Assembly: GCA_964016885.1 (NCBI GenBank)
Contig: OZ024740.1
Coordinates: forward strand, 214,582,001 to 214,646,000
Length of the DNA: 64,000 bases
Source: Eledone cirrhosa
Lineage: Eukaryota
Reading direction: 5' to 3'
A program made the position numbers and the translations under genes. The notes under the pieces are model-generated. The model did not search any database. It saw nothing but the letters and a program-made list of their open reading frames with translations, and was not told the origin of the DNA. Below, in pieces: positions 25,202 to 38,440 of this stretch (the stretch's first letter is position 1; each line of letters starts with the position of its first letter).

Positions 25202-25686
25202 ATGGATGACTCAGATTCACTCCTTCCTCACAATCAAACACCTCACACCGACACCACCATTGTAAACATTGCTACGTTTGCCAACACTGGAATTGTAAGC
25301 AGTAGCAATATTTTAAATTTGTCTCAGGCAGACGTTCATTTCCCGCCATTACCAATGACTACGGGTGTTAAAGCCGCCACCACCACCACCACCACCACAG
25401 CGACAACAGAAACAAAAGAAAAAAAAATTAACTCATGATATCGAAATGAATTCAACCAAAATGAACTATTCCACACCGAACACCACTGACGCCACCACCA
25501 CCACAACTGAAACTAAAATTAACAATAGCAAAAATAACGATAATAATAACAGCAACAATGAAATTAAGAAAACTACCCTGAGTTTTGCCAGAGTAGCAAA
25601 AACATGCGAAGCGATTCAGGTAACTCAGGAAGAATTAGACGAAGCCAAAGGAATGGTAAAGAAAGATGGGTACAGGGTCAGTTGCC

Positions 25687-25717
<31 letters not shown>

Positions 25718-27152
25718 CTAATAAAATGGAGCAACGTCGCCTATGCACCGTGTCTTATCGGACAATAAACATAAAATCGCTCCGAGTGGAACGGGCATCT
25801 GAGTCCCAAATCCAAAAAGCTTTAGGACATGTGTGGGCAAAAGAAAACCCACATCAGACGTAGGCAGAAGTATGGAACCGTGGACGTGATCTTTGAAAAA
25901 CCACAGGAGGCCAGAGAACAATCCATGGCCCCATTAAGAAGTGACGACTTCACACTCATCCCAAGCTATTGTGGCCAGAGACTTGTGAAGATCAGAGTGA
26001 CCCACGTTCCACCGGCCATCGAAATTCCCTGGCTAATGGCTGCCGTCCTCGCCGGCATCGAGGCCAACACCAAAATAATAGAAATAGCAAAAGAAAAGCA
26101 GGATAACTGGTCCGGATCTGGGATGGAGCTCCTGATCCAAGCGGACCATAAAAGCATTGAAGAGATCCCAGAGGTAATAGACCTCACTGACGGCAGCCAC
26201 CTCACCGTAATCGTCGAGGGCAGAAGACCTAGGTGTGTCGTTTGTGGTGAAGGAACCCACCTAGGGGCTTTCTGCCATCAGTCTAAAAGGTTGAGGGCAC
26301 CTCTCTTACCCACCCCAGTGACTCAACCAGCAACACCACCAGCAGCAGAAATAGCAGCAACAACTGTAGCAGCAACAACAGAAGCAACTGTAACAGCAAC
26401 AACCCCAGCAACAGTAGCAAAACCAACACCACCACCACCCAACGCCCCAGAACTAGCACCAGCGCCTACACCATCCACCACGCCACAACCAAAACCAACG
26501 CCTGTGGAGGATTTTCCACTCCCCGGCTTATCGCAACTGGAGACAGATTGTGACGACGAGGAGTGGGAAACGGTATCAGGAAAAAAGAAAAAAAAAGAAA
26601 CCAAAAAAGAAAAAAATTCTCTTCCTTCCCCCTCAAAAAACAAAATACAGAGGGAAACAAATAAATTATCGAACAAGAAAGTTAGGACAGATTGCCACCA
26701 TCCACACCAGCATCACCAACCCCATCACCACAAACACCAACACCATCACCATCATTAACCCCAACACCACCATTACCAACGCCACAAAGGTCACCAAAAA
26801 GCGTAACAGAAACAAACCCACAACAAACGCAAACAAAACAAAACAACCAAAACGATACACACTACACAGCATTAAATTTGAACAACAACCAATTATTACA
26901 CTACATGCAACACAACACCAGCATCACAGAAAAAGACTACACAACAACCCAAAAGTTCACACCACCTCCACACATACAAATCACTCGCATCACACAGAAA
27001 ACGTACACGACACTAAAACAAAATTCCCTAAAGACATCGGAGACTTCCGACAAACACTCTCCAGGAGGATTTATAAGGACATCCTTCCGGAGGAGGCCAC
27101 AAGCAGAGAAAAGGATGGACAAACCATCCTTCCTCTACGAGAAGTAAGGTAA
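25202..27152 (+). pseudogene. Tx1-type ORF1 (gag-like, CCHC zinc knuckle, Pro/Thr-rich tail), frameshifted
   Basis: LSFARVA motif; VIVEGRRPRCVVCGEGTHLGAFC; homologous to 17743-18975. Confidence 0.8.
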
Positions 27153-27186
27153 GTGGTCTTTCCCATCTTTTCCACTCCATTTCAAC

Positions 27187-30100
27187 ATGACCTCACTCAG
27201 AATAGGCAGCATAAATGCGCGTGGCTTGGGGTCGTCATGGAAGCAGGGCCACCTGCTCAACGACCTCAGGTCACTAAAGATAGATGTAGTGGCCATCAGC
27301 GAGACCAGAATCTCCGAAGCACGGGCCTTCGCACCGATCTTCGGCGGCTGCGATGTGTACGCATCTCCCAGCCGTCCTGGATCGGGGGGAGGAGTTGCTG
27401 TGCTTTTTTTTTCGGAGAGGTTTGGATCTCGCCATATGGGCCATCTTCCTGGACCCAGAAGGTAAGTTGGTGGTGCTAGACGTGACCAGCGGAGACGGGA
27501 AAACTTTCAGGCTAGTGGCCGTCCATGCCCCGACAGGAGCAGGGCGGCCTGATTTCTTCCGGCCTCTGGAGATCTTTCTTGGAACGTCCCGCTCTTTAGT
27601 GTTAGTGGGCGACTGAAACGGGATCTTAGATGCACGCTGGGACTGTGTGGGATTAGCGGATAGGGGAGGAGGGTGCAAGAGCCTCACCAACCTGCTCAGG
27701 CGTTTTAAACTGTCTGACAGGTACCGATTGGATTTCCCAAATGTGCCAATGTGGACTTGGACAAATCGCATATGGTCATCCAGATCATATCTAGATAGAG
27801 TATTTTGTAGAGAAATAGATAGGTCTAGCATAGGCTGTCCACAATTCAAGATAGTCAGCTACACGGACCACAAATTCGTGATCTGTGTACTTGACTTAGA
27901 TAGGCTTCATAGACGAGGACCCGGCTACTGGAAGCGAAACGCGTCCTTACCAGCGCGCAAGGCCTACTGAGAACTAGTTAAGCGGGCGTTGACGGGAGCC
28001 ATCGTCAACAAGTGGTGGTTTGCTCTGAAAAGAGCAATTAGAATAGAGTCCATTAGGTTTAGTAAGGCTTTAGCAATAGAGAAAAATAGAGCAGAGGGAG
28101 AATTAGTTTGAAAATTAGACGAGGCGCTTAGCAAAGGCATCGCGACCGACGTGCTTGCGGCGAAATTGGCCCTTGACCAATCCTTCAATGCAAAGCACGA
28201 AGGCTGCGTTGTCAGAGCTAGGGTGCATGCTCTCAGACACGAGGGGACGAAAGCCGTTCAATGGGCCCGAGTGGCGGAGGCGCATCGTGGCAACAAAGCC
28301 ACGATCCGGTCTTTGTTGGACCACGACTGGCGCATGCTACTCGATCACGGGCAAATGTGTGAAGCTTTTCAGCGACACTTCGCTCAGTTGGGGCAGCGGC
28401 GGGCCGGATCGAGGGATGGACTTTAGTGTCTACCTCGACGGACTGCCGCGGCTCTCGGCCACTGAGGCGGAGTGTTGCGAAAAGCCGATAACAGCCGCTG
28501 AAGTACGGGAGACAATGACTAGCTGCAAGAGGGGTAAATCGCCTGGTTTGGATGGTCTGCCCTATGAACTTTACGTACAGATGCCAGACTTGTTCGGAGG
28601 CCTATTGGCGGACGTCTACTGCAACTGGCAACAGAACGGGAGAATTCCCAGCTCTGTGAGCCGAGTAGCTGTGGCGCTGCTCAGAAAGGATCCGAACAAG
28701 GGGGATAACATAGATAATTTTAGGCCCATAACTCTGCTAAACACAGAGTTAAAGATTTTGGCCAAGGTGCTAGCAAAGAGGTTGGCGCTTGTCGTTGGTG
28801 GTCTGGTGGGAGAGGCGCAGACATGCGCCATTCCCACAGATCCATCCACGACAACCACCACCTCATGCGATACATCGTAGAGAGGGTAGCTAGGGAACCT
28901 GGCACGGGTGGGTGCTTGATCAATTTAGATCAGTCGAAAGCTTTCGATAGGGTCGACCATCGTTACCTAGCGGCAGTCCTGAGGGCGGTTGGCTTTGGGC
29001 CCGTCTTCAGGGTCTGGATCGCTGCCATGCACAGCGACATCTGCTCTGTGGTGTGAGTGAATGGTCACCTTTCGGAACCGCTCAACATCATGCGCTCGGT
29101 CCGCGAAGGATGTCGCCTCTCGTCCCTCTTGTACGTATTGACTCTCGAGCCATTACTGCACAAACTGGAGACGTTGAGGGGGGTCCCGCGCGAACTAGGA
29201 TGCGGAAGATCCGTGTCAGCATATGCGGACGATGTCACCGTAGTGGTGTCGAACGCCAAACACATCGAGGCGATCGGCACTACACTAAGAGAATACGAAG
29301 CGGTGACAGGAACAATGATCAACCAGGAAAAGTCAGTGGACCTGCAGCTCGGCACCTGGAGAGGCAGGTCCATGCCGTCTAACAGCGCCGTCGGGCGCTG
29401 GACGGACAGAGCAGTTAAATTGCTCGGGGTCTGGTTCGGTCCGGATCTCCAGACGGACAAAAACTGGGACGAGGTGACGAGCATGGTGGCTTCTCTCATC
29501 CAGAAATGGTCCGAGAGGAAGCTATCCCTGAAAGGTTGAGCGGAGGTGGCTAACGCGTATACCGCGTCCGTCATCTACTACCGCCTGACCGTCGTACCTT
29601 GTCCTAAGCCCCACCTGACTGCGCTGGAGCGTTTGCTCTTTCGCTTTTTGTAGAAGGGGCGCGCTTCGATGGTCAGGCGGTCCATCTGCTGTCAACACCC
29701 GCTACGTGGAGGGCTGGGCATGCCGTGGCTGATGATGCGCAGACACGCGCTCAGGCTACGACATCTCCACCGCTTCCTCGACAGTGATCAGGTGTGGTCG
29801 CCGTTTGCTAGACACATTTTTCCCCAGCTCGTCTCCTTGACGGAGCTGCAGTCCTGGGTCAAGCGAAGACCGAGAGAGAGCGCTTGGAGACTGGAATGTT
29901 TTCAGGCGCTCACAGCCCTCGACCAATCGGGCAATGTGATCGGTGGAAACTCCACCTTGGCGTTCTATAGGGGATTAGTGGAGGGGAAGAGCAACGACGT
30001 ACTTGGAGAAATTCTAGGCGTCGACGAAAATCAACTAGCCAATCTCTTCGGAAGGACTTTCGGGCCGGGGCCTATGGACAACTTCCAGAAATCCCTGGCT

Positions 30101-30589
30101 TGGCAGTGTTACCGGGGAGCTTTGCCAGTTCGGGATAAACTCTACAGGCATGGAGGTGCCGTCAGCCGGTCATGTCAGAGATGCGCACAGGGCGACGAAA
30201 CCCTCCTGCACGCACTCGTCCAGTGTCCGAGCATTGCTGACTTGTGGGTTTATGTCAAACACCTGCTGTCACGTGTAGGACGGATCGAGCTATCAGCTGA
30301 GTCCATCGTGAGGATTGCCCCGCCCCCTTCCTTTAGCCGGGAAGGGCAGGCAGTTTTTATCTGTCTGGTGGCCATGGCGAAAGAGATAGTATGGTGGACA
30401 TGTTTGAAAGGGCTGAAGACGAGCACTTACCTCTTCGGTGATGCCCTGATTAACTTTTTCAAATTTCATTTGAAAAGGAAAATCAGGGTAGAGAGGGAAG
30501 TGCTCTCTTCCCAGCATTTTGTTGAAAGATGGGTGAGAGAAGCAAGTATGGCCCGAATGAATGGGCCTTCTCTGAGTATGTGTCTGTAA
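27187..30589 (+). pseudogene. Tx1-type ORF2 (APE endonuclease, reverse transcriptase, zinc finger) with stops and frameshifts
   Basis: SINARGL..ISET, LVGD*N, SYLDRVF, YTDHK, GYWK, SPGLDGLP, DQSKAFDRVDH, SAYADDVT, CQRC...ETLLHALVQC. Confidence 0.9.
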
Positions 30590-30830
30590 ATTAAAGATGG
30601 AAAACTGGGAGAGGGCACTTGCCCTGGTGGTCAGGGACACTGTGGTCTTTTAATGGGCTTTCTCCACAAATGTCTCTCGGAAGTCTCCCCCCTATTGGGG
30701 AATTTTTCTTTGTTATTTTATTACATCCTCTGTTTTTTACACGCAGAAATGCCCATTTGTACCGTCCTGTATTGTCCTGTACTGTCTTTAATGTCTACTT
30801 TATGTAAACCCTTGTGGTTAATAAAGAAAA

Positions 30831-30861
<31 letters not shown>

Positions 30862-31236
30862 GTTATTATTATTATTATGCAGAGTGATCATTGGTTAAGA
30901 ACCGAGTAGAGGTAAATGAGTTCAGACGAGGTGTTTCTTCAAATAATTTTACTAGCCAGAAGGGAATATCCCAAAAAAGGTCATTTGACTTCGTGTAGAA
31001 AATTGAAGAATGTATTCAGAAAAATAAAGATGAAAAAATCTTGTTCAAAAATGAATAACGCCTAAGGAGTTTTCCCAATTAATTATTTCTCAAAATTAAT
31101 CAAATATGGCAGCGTTCCGTAGGAAGGATAACATGCAAAGTATGCACGGAATATAAGACACACAAAGACCCCCATCACCACCACCACCACATATATATAT
31201 ATATACATACATACAGATGCACATAAACAAAAACAC

Positions 31237-31268
<32 letters not shown>

Positions 31269-31423
31269 GTATAGTTAATACCCATATTTGTTGGTGTATG
31301 TACATATATATATATATATACACTGTACCGATTGTGTTGTTATTTCTGTTTACCTTTTACATATATACATACACACACACAAACACACACACACACACAC
31401 ACATACACATACCTGCACGGACG

Positions 31424-31457
<34 letters not shown>

Positions 31458-31648
31458 CGTTTAAATCTGGTTGTTTACCACTGAGTAGAATTGGTCATTC
31501 TGCAATGTAAACCGATATGTAATATGAGAAAAGCATTTGACGTTCTGCAACTTATCCCTATTTGGTGTTGAATCATGTTGGTGAGGCGGGATCGAAAAGC
31601 GCTTGTTTCTTTAAAGTTTACCGTCATTCCGTTGGTATACATCTACTA

Positions 31649-31719
31649 TGCAATTTACACCTGAAGATGTCACCGGGTTCTTATGCAACATGGCCACTGA
31701 AATGTGCATAGTCTTTGCA
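31649..31719 (+). ncRNA. Type I hammerhead motif, somewhat decayed
   Basis: TGCAA(tttac)AC-CTGAAGA-imperfect stem II-GAAA-TGTGCA-TA-GT(ct)TTGCA; followed by (TA)n about 40 nt downstream. Confidence 0.6.
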
Positions 31720-31758
31720 GAAATAAATAATTAAGGAAATTCCTGTCATTTCACTTTA

Positions 31759-31966
<208 letters not shown>

Positions 31967-31979
31967 GTTAAAAGAATAG

Positions 31980-32504
31980 AGGTGTAACACACAAGTTATT
32001 ATATATTAGTAAACGGAATAGAAAATGCTGACAAATTGTTCACAGTTGAAAAATGGTTTAATTAGGAATAAAAGAGTATTAGTAATTGTATGGGTTAGTA
32101 TTCAGTTGTGGTTTAGTATTAGTAATTGTATGGGTTAGTATTCAGTTGTGGTTTTAAGTTTTTAAGTTTTTACCGGTTGCGCATTTCTAAATGCTTTTCA
32201 AAAATAATTTTGAGATAGAGTGTCCGTGTTGTTTGCTCTGATCTGATTAGTTTTGGGAATTCTACCTGTTTTTATGTTAAAAAAGTGGCCCCAGCGCTAC
32301 TTTGGTGTTGCAAAAATTCTTGTGGTCAAAACAATTTTGATTGGTCGGTAGAGTTCATGTGAATGTAAAAAATTGGTTTTGCGCCAAGATTGAGAAATGA
32401 CTCTTTCACAACAAATATGTGTGTGTGTGTGTGTGTAGTAGTAGTAAGGTGTTCGATGTTGTGATAATGGTTAGCAGGGATGTGTGTCAAATGGCTATTA
32501 AGAT

Positions 32505-32594
<90 letters not shown>

Positions 32595-33004
32595 CAGAGT
32601 AATTCGTGGTAGCAGGGATGGTCAGTAAGAATGTGTCTGTAAGCAATGGGGGTATTTTAGCATGTCAAAAGATATTTTTCAGCTTTTGTCTTATACGGAG
32701 AAGTGCGTGTGTGTGTGTGTGTATAAGTCTCTTTGTATGTTAATGTACGCGTGTGTATGTGTGTGTGTATATGTGTGTGTGTGTGTGAGAAACAACACGG
32801 ACACTCTATCTCAAAATTATTTTTGAAAAGCATTTAGAAATGCGCAACCGGTAAAAACTTAAAAACTTAAAACCACAACTGAATACTAACCCATACAATT
32901 ACTAATACTCTTTTATTCCTAATTAAACCATTTTTCAACTGTGAACAATTTGTCAGCATTTTCTATTCCGTTTACTAATATATAATAACTTGTGTGTTAC
33001 ACCT
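31980..33004. mobile_element. Fold-back element: inverted arms 31980-32234 / 32790-33004 around a (GT)n-rich spacer
   Basis: Arms are reverse complements (the left arm has a 39-bp internal duplication); third copy at 54498-54690; adjacent to (TA)n. Confidence 0.8.
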
Positions 33005-33008
33005 GTGA

Positions 33009-33146
33009 GTCCAGAATTAGCCGTCGAAACGGCTTGAGCTCAGCTGTCGGGGTCTTACTGGTTCCTATTACCCACTCTACTACCTCAAGTATTGAGTACT
33101 TTGGTGCGTTATGGTCCACCTGGTTCCTTACCACATTTCCTTCGTT
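33009..33146 (+). mobile_element. Family B copy (3' half of hammerhead plus tail)
   Basis: Reverse complement of 1570-1708. Confidence 0.8.
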
Positions 33147-33233
33147 ATATATATATATATATATATAGCAAAAGTCTCACTCTACTAGCCTAAGTATCGA
33201 GTACACTTTCTTCGGTATATATATATATGATTG

Positions 33234-33283
<50 letters not shown>

Positions 33284-33284
33284 C

Positions 33285-33441
<157 letters not shown>

Positions 33442-33453
33442 TATATATATATT

Positions 33454-33506
<53 letters not shown>

Positions 33507-34375
33507 AAGGACAAACTTTTTTCATATGTAACCCATTTGCAACTCCGCAGCGTCCTTAATATATATATATATATATATTTTTTTTCTTTTTCTTTTAATT
33601 TCTAACCCCTAATCTGTACCTTTTCCTCCTTGATACTTCTCAATTATCATTGTGCCTAACATAGAATCAATTATTACACAGCACAATATATTCTTACTTT
33701 ATATCACCTCGAAAAAATCCTTCGTAAACATAAACATTTTTTTGACGTTAGATTAATCATCCTCAATTCATTATTTTTTTCTCCCTTTCATGCTCATCTA
33801 ACTTCTACATATTACACATATTCATCCAATCTTCTACTTCTTTCACAATATATCCTTACTTACATTACTATTGCTATATTTTTATATTTTTTTAATAATA
33901 CACATCAACAATTTCTTTCCATCGCACATATTATTAAACCATTAAATATTATTCTTAATACATATTAACAATTTCTTTTCATCGCACATATTATTAAACC
34001 CTTCAATATACAAACCTTAACTTAACATTATTTTTCTCTTCGTTAATTTTCAAATTCTTTTAATTTATATATTATCTTCCAACGGTTTTTCAACCTCTCT
34101 ATGTAAAACAATATATTTTTTCTCGGTTATAAAAGCTATCTCTCTCTCTCTCTCTCTATCACCCATCTCTCCTCCTATCTCATCCTTCTTCATTATACTC
34201 CCCCCCCTCCACTTTTTACTCTCATCTCCTCCTCTTTTTCATCCTTTCCAACCTCCCCCGCCCCCCCCCAAACATTTTTTTCCCAATATCACACATCAAT
34301 CTAAACTACTTTTCATATGTTGATTTAAAACTGCACTATTCACAAGTGTTTTTTAACCTTCATATCATGTCTCCC

Positions 34376-34446
34376 TATTTTATCTGACGAAAACGCAAAT
34401 ATTATTGCATGATGATATTTGTTTTTGAAATGCGCATAATAAAATA
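34376..34446 (+). ncRNA. Type I hammerhead ribozyme
   Basis: TATTTTAT-CTGACGA-AAAcgCAAATATTATT(gcat)GATGATATTTGTTTtt-GAAA-TGCGCA-TA-ATAAAATA; palindromic stem III. Confidence 0.8.
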
Positions 34447-34569
34447 CATGGAATTCTTTTAACCATCTTTTGATCTTATATATTATTTATACTCCAGTCC
34501 TACAAATTGTAGAGTGCTTCTTATCCGATATCTGCATTGCTTTATTGTACTACAATAAAACTCACCTCC

Positions 34570-34674
<105 letters not shown>

Positions 34675-34749
34675 TAGAAATAACGTAAATGTTAAAACAT
34701 TAATTTTAAAACATATCTTAATCCGGAATATACTTTATTGATTGAAAGA

Positions 34750-35195
34750 TAAAGCCGGAAAATCTACATACTTTTGCCAACAAGGCATAAATGTATTTAT
34801 TCCGATAAGAGAACGTATTTTCTTGCTGCTGTTTGGTTGCAGAAGACTTTTCCTTTCAGAAATTGTTGGAATGCTTGAAAAAGTGATAGTCGGTTGGTGA
34901 AAGTTCCGGTGAGTATGTTGGATGAGGCAGAGTTTCGTTGCTAAATTCGTTCAACTTCTGGAACGCTCGTTGAGCGATGTATAGTCGAGCATTGTCGAGC
35001 AAGATGTTTGAATCTTTTCCATTGAGCGATGTTGAACATATACAGAAGGTTTTGATACATCTCATCGATTTTGTAACGATACTTCACTGCTGTGATTCAC
35101 CAGGATTCAGAGAAGCTTGTAGTGGGAAAATTCGGCTACTGACCACAAACGAGTCACCATACCCTTCTTTTGTGCAGCCTTCATCTGAAAACCTA
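34750..35195 (-). mobile_element. mariner transposase C-terminal fragment
   Basis: LLDNARLYIA...TLPHPTYSPELSPTDYHFFKH (HDNA and YSPDL(A/S)PxD motifs). Confidence 0.85.
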
Positions 35196-35389
35196 AAAAT
35201 GACAATTATAGGTATCGGGGACATGATGTGAGAAGAGCACGAATGCATATCTCAGGAGAGAAAAGAGAATATAGTAAAGAGAATATAATCAGGATGGCGG
35301 TGCCCCAGCATGGCCGTGCCCCAGCATGGCTCTACCCCAGCATGGCCTTAGCCAGTCGGCTGGAATACGTAAGGGAATAAAAGAGAATC

Positions 35390-36650
35390 ATTAGAACAAC
35401 AAATTGCCCATAATACTTTTGTTGTGCTTATCCTAACGTCAGAATTTGGCCTGGTGAACTGAAGAACAACTGAGCGAGGTAGTGTAAGGATTCGCTGGCT
35501 GCTCAGTGTTACTGGAAACTTTAACATTAATGATGATGTGGATAGGCTATATTTATTCCGAAGGGAGGGGGTACCTGGTCTAACTTCCATATTGACACCA
35601 TACGAGACCCTGATAGTAACACTGAAACGATATCTTCAGCACGAGAAAAAGGTCAGCAGTCATCTGACTCAGGCTTATGAGCATAAATATAATAATTGTT
35701 TCTGCTTTTGGCACAAGGCCAGCAATTACTCCAGTGCATTACTGGTACTTTATTTTATCGACCCCGTAAGGATGAAAGGCAAAGTTAACCTTGGCGAGAT
35801 TTGAACTCAGTCTGTAAAGGATGTAACTCTATGCTGGAAAGAATGGCGTCCGACTCTCTACCGATAAAATATAATAATTGTTTCTACTTTTGGCACAAGG
35901 CCAGCAATTACCCAGTGCATTACTGGTACTTTATTTTATCGACCCACCCCGTAAGGATGAAAGGCAAAGTTAACCTCGGCGGAATTTGAACTCAGATCAT
36001 AAAGGGAGGTAACTCTATGCTTCAAAGCATGGCGTCCGACCCTCTACCGATACTGCCAATCCACCGCCCTCTAAAATATAATAATATCGTCAGGAAAGCC
36101 ACTGATACGAAGAAGAGACATGAAATAAAATCTGATACAAATCTCTCTGCCAGTAACATCATAAGGCTCTACTCAATGCTGGAACAAAACAAAGAAAAAA
36201 CAGACCAATTCACTGAGAAAGTGCTACACGGGTATAGAGAGGGTAAGCCATACTAAAAGCCTGACATGGAGCTCCTGCAAGTCCATAGCATTCCACCTTC
36301 AAGGAATCCAATCCAATCCATGCAATCCAGGAAAAAGAAATCCCCACCAAGTATCTATTGTACAAAAAACGAAGGTCATCGCTTTAAAAAACAAAGACCG
36401 AAGATGTTAGCCACATTATTACAAACCGGGAAAGAATGTCTTCTCATTACTACCTCCACATGAGGCATGATATGATAACTAGAACGATCTGGAATGCATT
36501 ACAGAAGACGAAAATCAAATCAAATAGGGAGGAATAGGAGACTGATAGCTCAAAGGAATACTGTCAGAACATAAATATAAAAACCAGCCTGATATTTTTG
36601 TTTGGGTTCACACATTAAAAACATGTTCTGTTGTAGAAGTCATCTGCCCA
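35390..36650 (+). mobile_element. Old R4/Dong-like fragment interrupted by a SINE duplication
   Basis: DRLYLFRREGVPGL (compare DRIYLPRKEEGCGL at 22.9 kb), KVLHG and RHDMITRTIWN-like segments. Confidence 0.55.
35686..36085 (-). mobile_element. Tandem pair of major-family SINEs with flanking direct repeat AAATATAATAAT
   Basis: Units 35695-35865 and 35876-36070; the same 12-mer occurs at about 35685, 35867 and 36075. Confidence 0.85.
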
Positions 36651-37147
36651 TATCAATGTAGTAAGAAAAATGTAAAGGTAGATATCTACTGACTATTGAT
36701 GAGGAGTTTGTAGATTCAATATCGAAGATAGACAATCAGCTTCCTACCTGTTATTATTGGAGCTAGATATTATATACCAACTCGCCTGGAAAAAGTATAA
36801 TTAAACTTGGATTTGTGGAGAAAGAACATAGTTCTTTAATTCATAACCTACAGTTGGCCGCGATATCTAGAACCATTTGTAAAACATTATAACAATGTGC
36901 ACTTACACAAGAGACGATGACAACCTTATTTTCTTTACAACCTTATTTTCTTTACAACCTTGCCACCGGGAAGATAGCCGGTCAAAATTAAACTCAAAAT
37001 TAAAATAAAAAGAGAACATACATACATATAAATATTCTTGTGAGTGTGAGAGCGCGTGTTTGTGTGTGCATCTGTATGTATGCATGTATGTATGTATGTT
37101 TGTATGGTTGTATATTTATGTGTGTATGTGTGTGTGTATGCATATAC

Positions 37148-37178
<31 letters not shown>

Positions 37179-38149
37179 TGTATGTATGTATGTATGTATG
37201 TATGTATGTATGTATGTATGTATGCATGTATGTATCTATGTATTGTGTATATATATATATGTATGTATGTGTGTGTGTATGTATATAACAGTGTCAGAAT
37301 TCATTATTTCTTTAATAGGTAAGGGCCCTGATTTTGGACTTCAAGGGAGACAGTATTTCCATTTCGCTTTTGAACTCCCAACTTCACTCGCAGCATTTTC
37401 TTTAATCGATTTCCACAAAATAATGAGCTTTAATACTCGTCTGTCCACATTCGTCTGTTATCATTTAGATGTATACACACAGAGATTTCACATTAATTTA
37501 CAGATGTAACAACAAACAAAACATTAACGAAATAAGGGAAGGGAAAGCAATGACTTCATAGAATATCAAATCAATGAAGAACATAGAGATTATAATTCTG
37601 AGGCAAGCCATAGCTGGAACTAATAAAAACACATTTTATAGTTTATTGGAACAAAAGCTTGTTCTATCAGTTATCAATCACATGAGAGGACACAATAAGA
37701 GAGAACGAAAGATGGGGAAGATAAACAAACAAGACACCATTAGCGATGAATATAAAATTAGGATATTCACAGATAAAACAGATTTTCTTACTAAATTGAT
37801 TTATCTCATTTCACGATGACTCACTCGGAAAGAAACAGCATTATTCCAATTTTATGCAACAACAGAACTAGCTGTGAGATCAAGAGCTAAAATTGTAGGT
37901 GAGTTTTGCATAAGATTACTCGTTAACTGCAGCTTATTATGTCTGCTTATTCAATGTCCAGATCGGTAGATTAAGACAGAAACTTCCTACAAACAACTTC
38001 TCCATTTGGTTTCAGTTTCTACTTAATGTTTATTAGAAATATGTTGGTAGTTGAACAGGATTCACAAATCGGTGTTTATGTGATGCTAGAGACACTTCAC
38101 TACAAATATATTGATAATACCCTCGTGTGAAGTATCTCTCTCTCTTTTC

Positions 38150-38440
38150 CTGTAACTCCTGATGGAATCGTAAGAGCGCCGTATTAACATACGGCGTTTT
38201 AGACATTTTCACCCTGGCGGAGCCCGTTTCCTCTCCAGGCCTGAGTACAGCAGATTTATTCCAGAGAATGATAGAAAATGAAAGAATGGAAGTGAGAAAG
38301 AGATATAGAGGAAGAATAGACCTCAATACTAGACTGGTTCTTTGTTTTATCGACCTCGAAAGGATGAAAGGCAAAGTTAAATTCGGTAGGATTTGAACTG
38401 GGAGCAGAGAGTCGAAACAAATACCGTCAATTCGCCGCCT
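38150..38440 (-). mobile_element. tRNA-derived SINE, long-tailed subfamily
   Basis: Matches 14880-15178. Confidence 0.8.

Larger units (their letters stand above)
25002..30831 (+). mobile_element. Near full-length Tx1/L1-clade LINE inserted in (ATT)n
   Basis: ORF1 (about 25202-27152, frameshifted) and ORF2 (27187-30589); AATAAA then (ATT)n at the 3' end and (ATT)n at the 5' flank. Confidence 0.93.

Noticed and set aside
32815-32855. GAAA-TGCGCA as a hammerhead 3' half in the fold-back arm
   Set aside because: Followed by AC instead of UH in all three copies, and no CUGAnGA-type core upstream.
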